A DNA stretch of 64,000 bases, taken from assembly GCA_030704615.1 (NCBI GenBank), contig CM060733.1, forward strand, positions 72,974,001 through 73,038,000, given 5' to 3'. Positions 49,903-62,187 of this stretch are shown here, piece after piece. The DNA comes from Takakia lepidozioides. Lineage: Eukaryota; Plantae; Bryophyta. The notes under the pieces were generated by a model that searched no databases, had not been told where the DNA came from, and saw nothing but the letters and a program-made list of their open reading frames with translations. Position 1 is the stretch's first letter, and each line of letters opens with the position of its first letter. The position numbers were made by a program, and so were the translations under genes.

Positions 49903-52900
49903 ATGGAGACAGACATAGAGTGTCCAGAAGTTACACCAGGGCGCAAGCCTACAGCGAGGGAGGTAGAACGAGCAAAGCGTCAAGCGGAGAACAAGGCATT
50001 CTTCGCACGACTGAAGATCTACGACATTGCAAAGAGGTCCGAACTTGCGTTTTTTCATATGCCCTACCTAGCCCTAGCCATGAAACCGCATTAAAAGCTC
50101 CAAACCTGCAGAGAGGATATGTTAGGGTTTTGCTGCTGCTGACATTGTCTTTCTTCTTCTTCTTTGCAGCGTCGAAGCGAGATTGAGTCGCCCTAAACGC
50201 CTCGTTGAGGAAATCCTCAAACACACAGGTCCTCCTCGCCGAAGTCACAGAGTTCAACTCCTGCACTCTGCAATGTCACAACGGGAGAAAGAGGTAGAGC
50301 AAGAGGAGGAAGCGCAGGTGGTAGCGGAGTCAGACACAGAGGAGGCACGAGAGCAAGAATTGCAGCGAGACCAAGATTATGCCGCACATGAAGACTTGAA
50401 TGAGACCAGCTCGGAGTCAGAGATGGAAACGATGAAAGAAGCCCCAACAAAGAGAAAGCGCGCAAAGCACCCTGCAAACTCCCCAACCCATCAGCAGGTT
50501 TGCGATCTGCACCAAAGTTCCGAGTTTCAAACACTATATAACTTGTCCCAGTATAATTTAGGGTTCTGAGACCTAACAAGCTGATTGATATCTTTACGGA
50601 GCTGGTAGTACCTCGCCCACAATTCTCTGTTGGTTTCCAAATTGCAGCACTCTTTATAGAGGGCTCGTCTCTCAGCTATCTTGAGTTTAATCTCATTGGT
50701 CCACCAATTAACAGCTCTAGCACAGACAATTAGTTTCATCCCAATGATCTTGTCAACCACGGAGGAAACGAAACTCTCCCAAGAGTCCCCTGCTCTTTCG
50801 ACTTCATTTCTTGCGTTATCAGAGCGAGACTGAAGTTCTTGGAGCGATTGCATCGAGAGGGAGAGCCTCTTGCAAGGCCTGGACATACTCAACCTTGACC
50901 TCCTCATTATGAAGTTTTTCTATGCGCCACTTCCGAATCGAATGTTTCACATATCTCTTGGTGTTGGGAAAACACCTTTTGATCTCATTCCAAACCAGGA
51001 ACTGGTCAGAGGTAGCAATATCAGTTCTGTCGATCAACACATTCGCACACTGGGGGAACAAATTTTTGTCCATTATGATATAATCCACAATGGAGCGTTC
51101 CCCAGTTTGGGATTTCTCACGAGTCCACTGCACTTGGTCACCTCTTGTCCTGATATTCAAGGTGAAAAGCTGAAGATCTTCTAGACAGTTAATTAACTGT
51201 CTGCCATTAGAATGAGGGGCTCACTCCATTAGTAGGACTTACCGTGTTATAAACATTAGTTCAGGCTTTCCAGATTCCTTTTAGAAAGCCCTTCACACGT
51301 TCATCAGTTTTGTTGTATGTGGGCTACCAAGCAATGAGACCCCAACAGGGCCCACCGCTTTAGACTCAGCCTTGAGATATTGATAGTTGGTGAACAGAGG
51401 TGCAGGGACTATGTTCTTGATGGTCCTGAAGAGGGTCGCTCTCTGATGAGAATACCCCAGACTTGTATCACAAAATGGACATTGTCTTCAGGCCACCCAC
51501 ACCAGTGAGCATCGACAATCTCCCTTTCCTCTCTGCATCTGTTTATTGTTCAAAGGTAGACTCCCCATCCGGAGGTTAAATTTTCAGTCTAGTGCCAAGG
51601 GTAGGTCTGCCCTTCAGATCATCCTCAAAGTCCTCACCCATGTCACAAACTGGAAACGAGTTCAGGGAAGTTTATGCCTAACATTGTTTTGTTCGGACAT
51701 TCTTCATGCTTTTGACATGGCCTTAGACACTTCAGCCTCCACGTCAGATTCATCTAGCAGGGTGAGTTCTTCCTTCCTAATATTCAGGTATTTATCATAG
51801 GGTCGCTGGTATGAGGCATGCGATTCAGCTGACTGTACCATAGGTCTGACTGACAGGGTCTTCTTGCATAGGCCTTTGGGCTTGGCTTACCCACGTGGTT
51901 TGCCATCCCTAGTAGTATGGTCGTATTGTTTCACATGTTTCTGTTGAGCAATGTGTGCAGAGTTCAGTCAAAAAAAGGAAGGGAATTGCAGGGAAGGATG
52001 CGAACGAGCATAAGTCTCTTACTCCAGCAAAGTGTGCACCAACTATTGCGCCAACTGCTGTGATGAGTGGCGCGGTTGTTTCCCCTTACGAAAAACCAGC
52101 CCCGCCCACTCCACAGACTGACGTTCCAGCTCCCTTGTATCCACCAGTATCGGCTCCTCCCTCGTATCCGCTTATGTACCCACAGTATCCTGCCATGTCA
52201 GGGTATAATCTGCATGGGCACATGCCGTATCCTCACTATCAACCTCCAAACAATGATTCTCAGTGCCAGAATTACAATTCTTTTGCTCCACCTGCAGGCG
52301 CTCCAATGCATGATCCTAGTCAAGGTGGGTATTCCATTTACCACCATTATGGAATGCATCCCCATAGTATGTATCCTCCTCGGCCTATGTACAACCAACC
52401 TACTTCCTCCCTCTATCCTACCAGCCCTGCAAGACCACACCAGGGGCAGGTCCAGTATGGTGGCCACCAACCTTCAGGATCCAACTACAGTGGAGTACAA
52501 CTGCCGGCACCTTCGAGCTTCACTGCACCGCGGCCACCTCTTTATCCAACATCTCCAGGTACACCTAATACCCTGAAAGGGAAAGGCATTCTGAAACAGA
52601 CCGAGGATGCATTTGCTCCGCATCATCCTGTGGGGTGGGAGACAGCAGTCCAGCCCCAACAGAGTGAAGGTGGTAACATGCATGGTACTGCTGAAACCTT
52701 GCAGGATTCCAGCCTTAGTCCTGGGGGGACATCAGGTGTGACTCCTATAGAACGCAAAAATGCTTTAAGGAGGGAAAGAAGGGCACTTGCAAAAGATCTG
52801 AGAGACCAGGCTGCTCAGAATGTGGCTGTAGGGAGGAGGAAATTTTTCATTTCTTGTGATGAACTTGGAAACCCTGAAGGTCCTGCTCGGAACCAGTGGA

Positions 52901-55850
52901 TGACAGCTCTGCGAGGGCAGTGTCAACGTTTGTTGGACTGGTCATTGTATGCTCAGGATCAACCATTACACTTAATTGAAAAGATCATGGAGATCCTGGC
53001 TTCAGATTGGGAATACGGACCTCCTGGTCTTAACATAAAGGCTATTACAAAAACAATTTGCGGGCAGCTCAAGTACCAACGAAATAAGCTGTTCAAAAAT
53101 TACTATAGTGTGGGGCTGCCCAAACCCCATCATGTGCCAGACAAGACATGGGCACAACTAGTTGTTAGTTGGGGTTCCACTGATTTCAAGAAATTTCAGG
53201 CAAATGGTGTCAAGGCGCGGGGATGTGTGAAGAATACATCTCGATCAGGTCGCAGTGGAATCAGCGGTGTTGTAGCACGACTGGTATACTTCTCTTACAA
53301 CATAGGAAGTTCCCACATTTTTTTGCATTGACAAACTTTATGTGTTGGGTTTTTTTGGCTGGAGCTCAGAGTCTATTCCTATCACCATTGAATTAGTACA
53401 CATTGCTACTACTTGGGGGCCTTCTCAGAGTTGGGCGCCAGCAAGAAACTAAGCACTCTTATTGAGGGGGAGTCATTGACGCTATCCTAGATAATTCTTT
53501 ACTGTTGGCAGTGTGCTATGCTAGTCATTAACACTTGCAAGTTTGTTGCAATCACAGGAGAAGGAGACTGGACGTACACCAAGTTTGCAGGAGATCGCCG
53601 GTAGCGCCAGGAGTGACAAAGGCTACGGCTCGGGGTGTACAGGCAGTGCAGCCACAACGGTATATAAACTCAGTACCAATTCTGGTGTGAATTACATATT
53701 CGTGATTTCCATGCCATTGCTAGTTGCCGTTTGGTTCTGTTTTCTTACTAGTTCATCAGTCAGTGTAGTGAATTGTTACTTTGGAGGTGTTCTATGTGAT
53801 GGGGCAGGGAATTGGTTCACTAGCAGCTCGCCTCGATGCTATGGAAAACAAACAAGTGCAGATGGAAGCCAGCTCCAAGGCAGCTTTGGAAGCAGTCCAA
53901 GGCCAACTGGAGGCAGCAGCTGCATTCAACATTGCGCTCGCAGCTAAACTTGGCATGAATGTGCCAGATTCGGAACCTACAGGTCCACCATGCACCACCT
54001 TTGCGCCACACACAACAAATGAGACTATTTCTCATGTTATGGGCTCACCACTCAACCTGTTCAAGGCAGTTTCTTCACCGCCACCAAAGCCAAACACAAT
54101 AGGCTCATTGTTTGGGCTTTCAGAAATGGAGGGGGATGATGACATGGAGGGTTGGTCTGAAGGTGAACTCAATCCATCCCCCCATATTGTTGAGGCAACT
54201 GCAAAGTGTTCATCCGTTTTGTTGTCCCCTACACCAGTAGCACTTCCGGCATATGTACTACCCTCTCAATATGCCTGTGAGGTCTCCATGAATTTGCAGA
54301 GTGCCCCACAGAAAGGTGTGTCTTTTGTACATGATAATCATGTACAAGTTGTTGGTAATTGCCCTTTGGCAACTGAGAGGCAGAAACACATCCTTATACT
54401 TGACTTGAATGGATTGTTATGTGAGAGCAGACTACGAACAAGGGAACACCTAGAGCCCACTGTCACCTCCAGACCTGGGTGTCAGGAGTTTCTGGACCGA
54501 TGCCTTCAGATTTTTGATGTAGGTGTATGGTCTTCCATGTCATTGAGTAATGTCCTTCCAGTTGTGAAAGCATTGTTTCCTGCGAAGCAACCAAAGATGG
54601 TGCTTCACCAAGACTATTGTGACCAACCTGTGGGAATGGTGGACCCTCTCAATCCTTCTAAAACTGTCATGTACAAGAACTTATGTAAGTTTTGGAAGGA
54701 CTACAGCCATTACAATCCAACCAATACTTTGCTGGTGGACGATTCCCCACTCACTTGCTTACCCAACCCTGCAAATAATTGCATCTTCCCGTATCCATGG
54801 AAGTTGAGGGATCAGCCAAACTGCAAGAGGCTTATGAAAGAATTACTGCCTTGGTTAGAGGGTGTATCCAAGGCTGCACACATCCCTGAGTATGTGTCAG
54901 GGCACCCATACAGATATGGGCAGCCCAACTACTTGTTCAATACTGCAGCCATGGGTAGTGGATCACAACAATCTGCAAAGGCATCCGAACCAGGGCTTCC
55001 TGCTGCCAGAGTTCCAACGACTTTGCCTCCCAATGCAACAACAAAGCATAATCAAAGAAAGGTGAGAGCAAAAGATTCAATGCTTGGGCGCGTGGGTGGA
55101 TTTGTATTGTTAATGCTACTTCACAATGTGTGTCATTCGTGCTATTCTCATTTTTTGATCATGTATCATTCAATATGCAGATGGTGAAACCAGTGAAGCG
55201 TTCAATGGGCAGGGAAAGCACAATATGTGCTATCAATCAGACTACAACCACAGTGGATGTAACTGAACCATGGGGTGACCAACAAAATCCGCACAATGTA
55301 AGTACTTCCTTTGTCCTCTTTTGTTTCCTTGTCTGATGCTGGATCAATACACCCCCTATGTATCGCTGTGTAGCTGCACGATTGACAACCTACAAAGGTA
55401 GTTTTGTGACATCGTCCTACCACATCCATGTTGACCATGCAGAACCTGCTATCAACTAGGTATGGCACCGTTCCACCTTTGATCATGTCAGCATGGAGTA
55501 TAGAGACAAGCAAATGCAATTCAGAATTGGAAGTACTGCAATAGGTAGGGTTGGGGTGTTTGCTGGAAGAACGAGGATGCATTTTGCAGGAGTGCCAAGC
55601 TGTCAGTCTCTGTTCTCCAGGGTTCATTTCTGATATAGGAATCTGGTTTTTGTTGCAGTTTCAGATCGGCGACAAGGTGTTATTGTTTGATCCTTGTGCA
55701 CCAAAAAGAAGGGCAAGTGTGGGATATATTGCTGGATTTCCGAAAGCAAATGTGCCAGACAACTATTACCGTATCCATGTGAAATCGGTCATGATTTCAG
55801 AGGTTGTGTTGCCAATGTGGTTCATAATACAATTATTATCCATGTTTTAA
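49903..55850 (+). CDS. CACTA second gene: TnpA/Ptta-like region joined to an FCP1/SCP (NIF) phosphatase-like domain, multi-exon
   Basis: PKPHHVPDKTWAQLVVSWGSTDFKK..ANGVKAR (51955-53331); LILDLNGLL, RPGCQEFL, VGVWSS and TNTLLVDDSP (53781-55187). Exon joining is inferred. Confidence 0.65.
50527..51600 (-). mobile_element. LINE fragment (APE endonuclease end and linker) in an intron of the CACTA gene
   Basis: SIVDYII...IATSDQFLVW; WWTNEIKLKIAERRALYK; NPKLYW. No RT seen. Confidence 0.7.
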
Positions 55851-56849
55851 ATAAGCTTTTGTTTAAATGAAACAAAACAAATCAAAATTCTAAAACAATA
55901 ATATATTACATATTAAATCAAGCAGCCAATGGCTTTTGGGGTGCTATCCCATTTATTATAAGAATAATAATAATAATAATATGACTATTCATTTTGGCAT
56001 TTGTCAACAAATAATAATTGTTTACTTTTCATCCAATAGGAACAAAACAGTGGATGTGACAGTATTCACACTAGTGTCATTGCGATCACACCACGACTTG
56101 AACCTGGTGTTAAATCTGTGTGAGAGAGTCCGTAAGAAGAGCCCTTAATATCTATTATTTATTTAATAATTCTGATGGACTCTATTACGTGGCATTCCCT
56201 TTGACATACATGTGGCAAACATGGTGGCGCCGAGGTGTAATAAGTACCGTAGAAAGACCATTAAGATTACTTAGTCAAAATAGTAGTTGAACTAACCAGT
56301 CAAAACGACCGTCAAAATATCCGTCAAAAGAGCCACCTAAGCCTACTGCCACATCACGTGCAAGTTTGGTGTGAGATGGTTTTTTTCACAGGACCAAGAA
56401 AGTTCACATGTGGTGCAAAAGACTAGGTTAACCTAACACCAAGGGGGGGTGTGAACGTGCGCTTTTTTCACACCAAAATGTGTGAGAAGAGCCGTTAAAA
56501 AAACCAATTTCTGTACTAGTGAGCTGCCAGAAATCGCTGCATGGAGAAAAATGAAATGCGGTGCCGAATTTCCGAGCTTCGGCGTGTACATGTTTCCTTT
56601 TACTCATATATGGATTTCCTTCACCTCAGGACTCTGATATCGCTGACTCTGGTATATTCATATGGACAGACACATTGTAGAAATGAGACCACAAATTGTA
56701 AACAGTGGGCCAATTACGGCAGTTCTTGAACACGTTGAAACACAAGCACACAGAAGTGAGGTACGATGGGTTGTTTTATTGATCGAACACGGTGACTCAC
56801 ATTTAGCAACTCCAAACAAATCTAAGCCGTTCCTCCTTCTACATGGGCG

Positions 56850-57428
56850 TCACCAAGTCGACGGAACTTCGATAGCCCTCAAAACAAGCTCATTACTGAT
56901 GCGGCACCTCGAGGTAAACTGCAATGCGGTCGATCTGGTGCCCTTGGTGGAGCTGACGACAATGTCATGCCCATCAATCATACCACCATCATACATTGAC
57001 AATGTCACTGTTGGCCTCATGTGCCCGTGCGATTTGTCTTCGCAACTCAACCGAATGTCTCCATACACTGGAAGAGCGGATTGAACTCCACGAATATAGT
57101 TTTCCCCGGTGTTGTCCTCCCTGGTCCACTGGCAGCAGTTCCAGCGCCAAAGTGAGGCGGTGCGTGATCTGTTCGGCATCCCATTCCACCTTGGTATATC
57201 GAGGTCAACAATTTTCAGGACCCACGGACCGCATTGACCCTCGCCCTCACCTCGCTCAAAGCGGTAATAGCCCTCCAAATACTCCATTGCACGCAAAGAC
57301 TCCCGCTTGATTCCAGAAGCGTCTCTGAAAATAGAGAGCCAGACAATGATGTCTCCTGATTCTGGTTTGAACATAGCATAATCGTGGCCATGATAAGGGC
57401 AGTCAGCAGGATTTTGACGGCACGACAT
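56850..57428 (-). CDS. Unknown 'RWNCC' family protein, copy 2 (element B)
   Basis: Intact ORF MSCRQNPADCPY...SGDIIVW...RSRTASLWRWNCCQWT...YGDIR...DGGMIDGHDIVV...ELVLR. Confidence 0.78.
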   Translation of the reverse strand: MSCRQNPADCPYHGHDYAMFKPESGDIIVWLSIFRDASGIKRESLRAMEYLEGYYRFERGEGEGQCGPWVLKIVDLDIPRWNGMPNRSRTASLWRWNCCQWTREDNTGENYIRGVQSALPVYGDIRLSCEDKSHGHMRPTVTLSMYDGGMIDGHDIVVSSTKGTRSTALQFTSRCRISNELVLRAIEVPSTW

Positions 57429-57938
57429 CCTTGAAAAAGAACAGCGCGGTGGCTGGAAGAAGTTCAAGCAAACGCTGCAATTCCTCACAAACACTCCAGG
57501 GCACATTTAAATTTCCCCCCTACAGGAACCTGCACGGATGAAGATTGGCTGCTCCATGAATGTAGCCGTTTCAGTTTCCTTCCCTGCCATGCAAACTATG
57601 GGCAGTAAGTGCCAGGTGGGCCTATAGCCACTCGAGACGATGAAGTCCATCCCCCCTTCGATGTAAATGCGGCGCCGAATTTCCATCCGGGGGATGGACT
57701 TCGGTGGTAGATTTCAAACTATACCCCGTGGATAAGAAAGAGGTATCGGTTCATCCACCGTTGGCGTGATGAACACGTAACACGATGATTGGTGGGTACG
57801 TGGGACCCAGATGCTCCATTATTGGAGCCCGCACTGCTCTTCCGCTTCTCATCATTTCGAAAATCTAAGGGATGCGTTGTTGTCCGCAAGGTCATTGTCA
57901 TCGGCATCAAAGACGTCGTCAGGTCCTCCTTTGCAAGG

Positions 57939-58502
57939 ATGTTGTGCTTCCGGAACCGGGACGACTGCCCTTATGGAGGCTTCAATTATGCAATGTATTC
58001 GGCCACATCGGGAGACATCGTTATCTGGTACACAGATTACACAGAAGATACTGGTTCAAATGTGGAAACATTGTCCGCTTTTGAGTATATCCCAGGCCAC
58101 TACGCCTTCGAGCGGGGTGACGATCTTGGTCTGAGGAGTCCGTGGCTCCTGCGCATCCTTGATTCCGATTTTCCCAGCTACGACGGGCACCCATGCAGAA
58201 GAATGCGCACTGCTATGCTGTTGCGGTGGAACTGCTGCCAGTGGACGTGGGTGGACTCCATCGGAGAGACGTATACTCCTGAAGGAGTGCGCTCCTCTTC
58301 TCCATTGTATGGGGACATTCGCATTGGTGTGGACGACAAAAACGTGAAGCTTTCCATATTCGATGGTGGTATGATTGAAGGGCACGACATTGTGGTGAAC
58401 ATCAACAGGTGCGGTACAACGGCTGCAATCCAGTTTACCTGGAGGACCCCAATGACTCATGAGCTAGTTCTCAGAGTAGTCAAAGTCCCATTGACAACGT
58501 GA
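57939..58502 (+). CDS. Unknown 'RWNCC' family protein, copy 3 (element B), divergent from copy 2
   Basis: Intact ORF MLCFRNRDDCPY...SGDIVIW...RMRTAMLLRWNCCQWT...YGDIR...DGGMIEGHDIVV...ELVLR. Confidence 0.78.
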   Translation: MLCFRNRDDCPYGGFNYAMYSATSGDIVIWYTDYTEDTGSNVETLSAFEYIPGHYAFERGDDLGLRSPWLLRILDSDFPSYDGHPCRRMRTAMLLRWNCCQWTWVDSIGETYTPEGVRSSSPLYGDIRIGVDDKNVKLSIFDGGMIEGHDIVVNINRCGTTAAIQFTWRTPMTHELVLRVVKVPLTT

Positions 58503-59434
58503 CTTGTATTCAGAAGGCACAGGGCTAAAGATTTGTTTGCACAATCAGCACAGTAGACGTGCTTCAAATGCAATTCATGTGGATCAATAAAAACCCCATT
58601 GTGCCCTCTTTTTGTTCTATTTTGTATCCATCGTTCCTAGAATTCCTCATTTCGTTTGGGATTGGAGTGTGGGTGGATTTTGCAAGTGGCTGGTAGGCTG
58701 AAATGGGCCCCCATTGTACAGAGCAGTACCACCCTACCATTCGCAAAACATTGCCTTTCAATATATAATTCTAAAAAACATTGCCGAACCTCCTTCATCG
58801 GGAGGTCCTTCTCCCCCTATGACCGTGACACCCTAAACCCTATTCCCGCGGACACTCGTTTCTGGAAAATAGTCCTGCTCATGTTTTTTTCGACACTTAC
58901 GACTCTGCTCATGGCTCATGCCGCTCATGGCTCATGGCTCATGAAATAGCAGCCCCCCTAGTGGTTGCACTAGTGGCTATGGTGGACTAGTGACAGCCTA
59001 GTGGTGCACTAGTGGTGAACAACTGATTGTTAGTCCTTCAGCTGTGTCAACATCCATCCTACCATCCATGGCTCGTCCAGAGCTCCCGGCCTCATCAAAC
59101 TAAGACATATTTTCTTGGTCTATAAGTTTTTGATCGGATGTGATGGCATTTGAATCATATACTCAATCCATGCAATGAAAAACACACAAGGGTAAAATCC
59201 AGCCAAGTCTCTAGAATTGAGGTAGCAATCAGAGAGAGAGATTCCACTTTTGCTTCAGATTTTGAGAGACACGGGAATGAGAGAGATGGACAAAGAAAGA
59301 GAGACATTAGAGAGAGAAAAGATGGTCATGGAGAGGGAGAAAGTGGAAGAAGAGAAGATGCACTTGGAGTTAATGCACTTGGAGTTTGGCAAGTGCATTT
59401 GACAAAATTACAAACAAGATGGTGGGGTGAAGAG

Positions 59435-59850
59435 TTCTTGTATGAACTACTTTTTTGTTGACTGTAGAGTTGGAATGTACTCCACAATTTTTAGGACTTG
59501 GCTATGCAACTAATATGGAGATTTAATATTGTATCTAGTGCAAATGACCATTTTGGATTTCAGGTTTTGGTGACAGCAAGGGGCTTGACCCTCGCCATAT
59601 GAACTACATTTTTGTGGACTGTAGAGTTGGAATGTACTCCGCATTTTTCAGGACTTGCCTATGCAACGGTTATGGAGATTTAATGTTGTATCTAGTGCAA
59701 GTAGACCATTTTGGATTTCGTTGACAACGTGGGAAATGACTCTTGTTGTATGAACTACATTTTTGTGCATTGTGGACTTGATATGCAACTATTATGGAGA
59801 TTTAATGTTGTACCTAGTAACAGTTGATATTATGAATTTTTGGTTTGTTG
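59435..59850. repeat. Three ~155-bp tandem repeats
   Basis: TATGAACTAC.TTTTTGT at ~59441, 59598 and 59749, followed by GGAGATTTAAT.TTGTA. Confidence 0.75.
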
Positions 59851-60069
59851 ACTTTCGTCCCAAGGATCCGGCTCTGAATCCCCTACAACTACTAGCTCAT
59901 TGGAACTTGTCGGCATCTCATATTCCACCTCCTGGGGTGAACCAGTCTCTCACCCAGCCACACATCGTCAAATTGCCTCGGCATCCTTTCTGACGTTCTC
60001 TCATTGGAGACATCAACGAGAATGGAGCAACTCCACTCAGTTTGTCCTAGTCTTCGATTGACTTGAATT

Positions 60070-60372
60070 TCTGTGCCGACTACAAAGTGTATGACCATTT
60101 GGATAAATTAGTTAACTCCAACTCTTTGCTCAGATGAGCCCATTTTTCAATTTCCACTTTTTTGCAATCAAATATGACTCCATATCCATATTCTTTCACT
60201 TAATTCTTGTAGTCTGTGCCGACTATAAAGTATATGACCATTTGGATAAATTAGTTAACTCCAACTCTTTGCTCAGATAAGGTCATTTTTCAACTACCAT
60301 TTTTTTGCAATTAAATATGAGTCCATATCCATCTTCTTTCACTTAATTCTTGTAGTCTGTGCCGACTACAAG
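60070..60372. repeat. About two ~142-bp tandem repeats
   Basis: CTGTGCCGACTA.AAAGT.TATGACCATTTGGATAAATTAGTTAACTCC repeated. Confidence 0.75.
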
Positions 60373-60787
60373 ACATGGGTGTCCCGGATTTACAATCTTG
60401 CCAACAGCATTTCCTAACACACATATTATTCATAAACCGGAATTTGTTGCTGACATGGCCAAAACAACGTGCACCAAAATAACTGTCATGGTGATCAATA
60501 TTCCCGTGGGTTCAAATCCTAATAACGAATTCTATTTTAAGACACATTCCTTCAATATGTATTGCTCATTTAACACAAGAATTAAAATAGAAATTGAGTT
60601 CCATTCTTCAATATCAATTCTGAAACATGTTAACAATAGTAAAATGCCTAAAGTACAAAACGTCAAAGAGGTACAATTTCTTTTTATTCTTGATAGTTGT
60701 TGCCGACCTCAATGATCATAGCCTCCTTTATCCACTTCTATGTCATGACGTACATATAAGTTTTCTTTCTGTAGTGACTACGATGTC

Positions 60788-61312
60788 TCAAATCCTATTG
60801 CGGCAAACAGGGCATGACCCGTTTCGAAGCAGCCACCCTTCAATGCAAATAAAGTGAAAGGAATGGCCGCACTCACTGAGAATACGGACTGACTCGCCCT
60901 CTATTGGACAGTCTTGGCAAACAGTGCATCGTTCGTTTGTTGCTGGACATGTTTCTCCTGCAATAACAAACTCCATTGAATGCATTTCAATGATTTCCAT
61001 GCTTGCCCCTGTCCATCGCAAATCATCCTCTGCATGTACCTCCATCTCCTCATCTTCCCCATCAATGTCCATGTGCTCATCTTCATCCTCATCGTCGTCG
61101 TCATCAGAATCCGTAGTGGAGTCCCCTGCTGAAGGGCCGTTCCCATTGACGGACTGCTGAACCACCATTGCCTCATCATTTTCGTGCTTGGCAAGGCACT
61201 CGGCGATATCGTCCATAAAGGGAGCCCACCATGAAGTCGATGCAGACATGTTCTCCCCATTTCCACTGACACCACTACTGCTTGCGCCTGCATTGGAAGA
61301 GCTCGCGTCCAT
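60788..61312 (-). CDS. Intronless RING-H2 (ATL-like) zinc-finger protein with an acidic tract
   Basis: CTVCQD...VRILSECGHSFHFICIEGWLLRNGSCPVCR (C3H2C3); ATG-initiated, 174 aa. Confidence 0.85.
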   Translation of the reverse strand: MDASSSNAGASSSGVSGNGENMSASTSWWAPFMDDIAECLAKHENDEAMVVQQSVNGNGPSAGDSTTDSDDDDDEDEDEHMDIDGEDEEMEVHAEDDLRWTGASMEIIEMHSMEFVIAGETCPATNERCTVCQDCPIEGESVRILSECGHSFHFICIEGWLLRNGSCPVCRNRI

Positions 61313-62187
61313 CTTATCTAAGAACGGACTATCCTAAAACACAACTGATTGGAATAGAAAGTGACCCCAAACAGTGTGCTTGTAGTCGTTGCAGACTACA
61401 AGTGACAGCCAGCCGAAAGCGCTGTTGTCTTTGACAAAATGAAGTAGGTGTTGAACACCAGCCCTTCTGTTGAAAGAGGAAGTGGCAGAGAGCAATGTGC
61501 TTGTAGTCGGTGCAGACTACAAGTACCCATGTACGCTTAGTCGCTTTCGCTCGAGACAAAACCTGGTAGGTGTCGAACAACATATCCTATATTATTTTGG
61601 AGTTTTCAATTGTTTCAAAATAAGTTTTTGAATGGCGCTGTAAATACTATTCCACCGTCCACTTTCCACCTGGCCGATACTTTTCATTTTATTTTAGTTT
61701 TTAGCCGTTTGCATTTTCAATATCATCGTGGGACGTGCCAGAAGAATCTTCTGTCTATATTTGTAATGGATGACATCCTCTGCATGATCAGTTTCGGTCT
61801 CTTTAGGCTCGAGTTCAACTTCCTGTGCATGCCATAAACGAGATGTCTGCATGTTACAGTGGTGATTCAGGGCTCAAATCTCATTCCCGCCATATTTATT
61901 AATTAACAATATGCGATCTCACACATTTGAATTACCTGCTCATACTAAGTACACTTCATGGCTTCCATTAATTTTTATAGAATTTTTTTTATAGTGTACC
62001 TATTCCCGCAGACTTTCTACCGTGCCCCTATTCTTGCGGGTATTTGCCCCCAGACCTCTCGGCCCAATGTCTGTAATTGGCAACGACTACATAGGTTCGG
62101 CAACTACCGAACCTAATTTTGAGTAACCGAACCTACGGAATGTTGCACTTACTGATGGTGCACCTGCCCTTTTTCAACTTCAAATGC

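Larger units (their letters stand above)
43057..56521. mobile_element. CACTA (En/Spm) transposon, 13.5 kb, nested in B
   Basis: Left CACTACTACAGAAACCGGTTTTT; right end reverse complement CACTAGTACAGAAATTGGTTTTT; 3-bp TSD AGC at 43054-43056 and 56522-56524. Confidence 0.93.
22754..58957. mobile_element. MULE-like DNA transposon B (about 15 kb of its own sequence, plus nested C and CACTA), inverted relative to A
   Basis: Left end GAGGTTTACTATTTCATGAGC; right end GCTCATGAAATAGCAGCCCCC; exact 9-bp TSD CTAGTGGTT at 22745-22753 and 58958-58966. Confidence 0.92.

Noticed and set aside
62090-62140. Hairpin TAGGTTCGG-CAACTA-CCGAACCTA with a third CCGAACCTA copy
   Set aside because: Could be subterminal repeats of an element cut by the LTR insertion, but no partner end is visible in the window.
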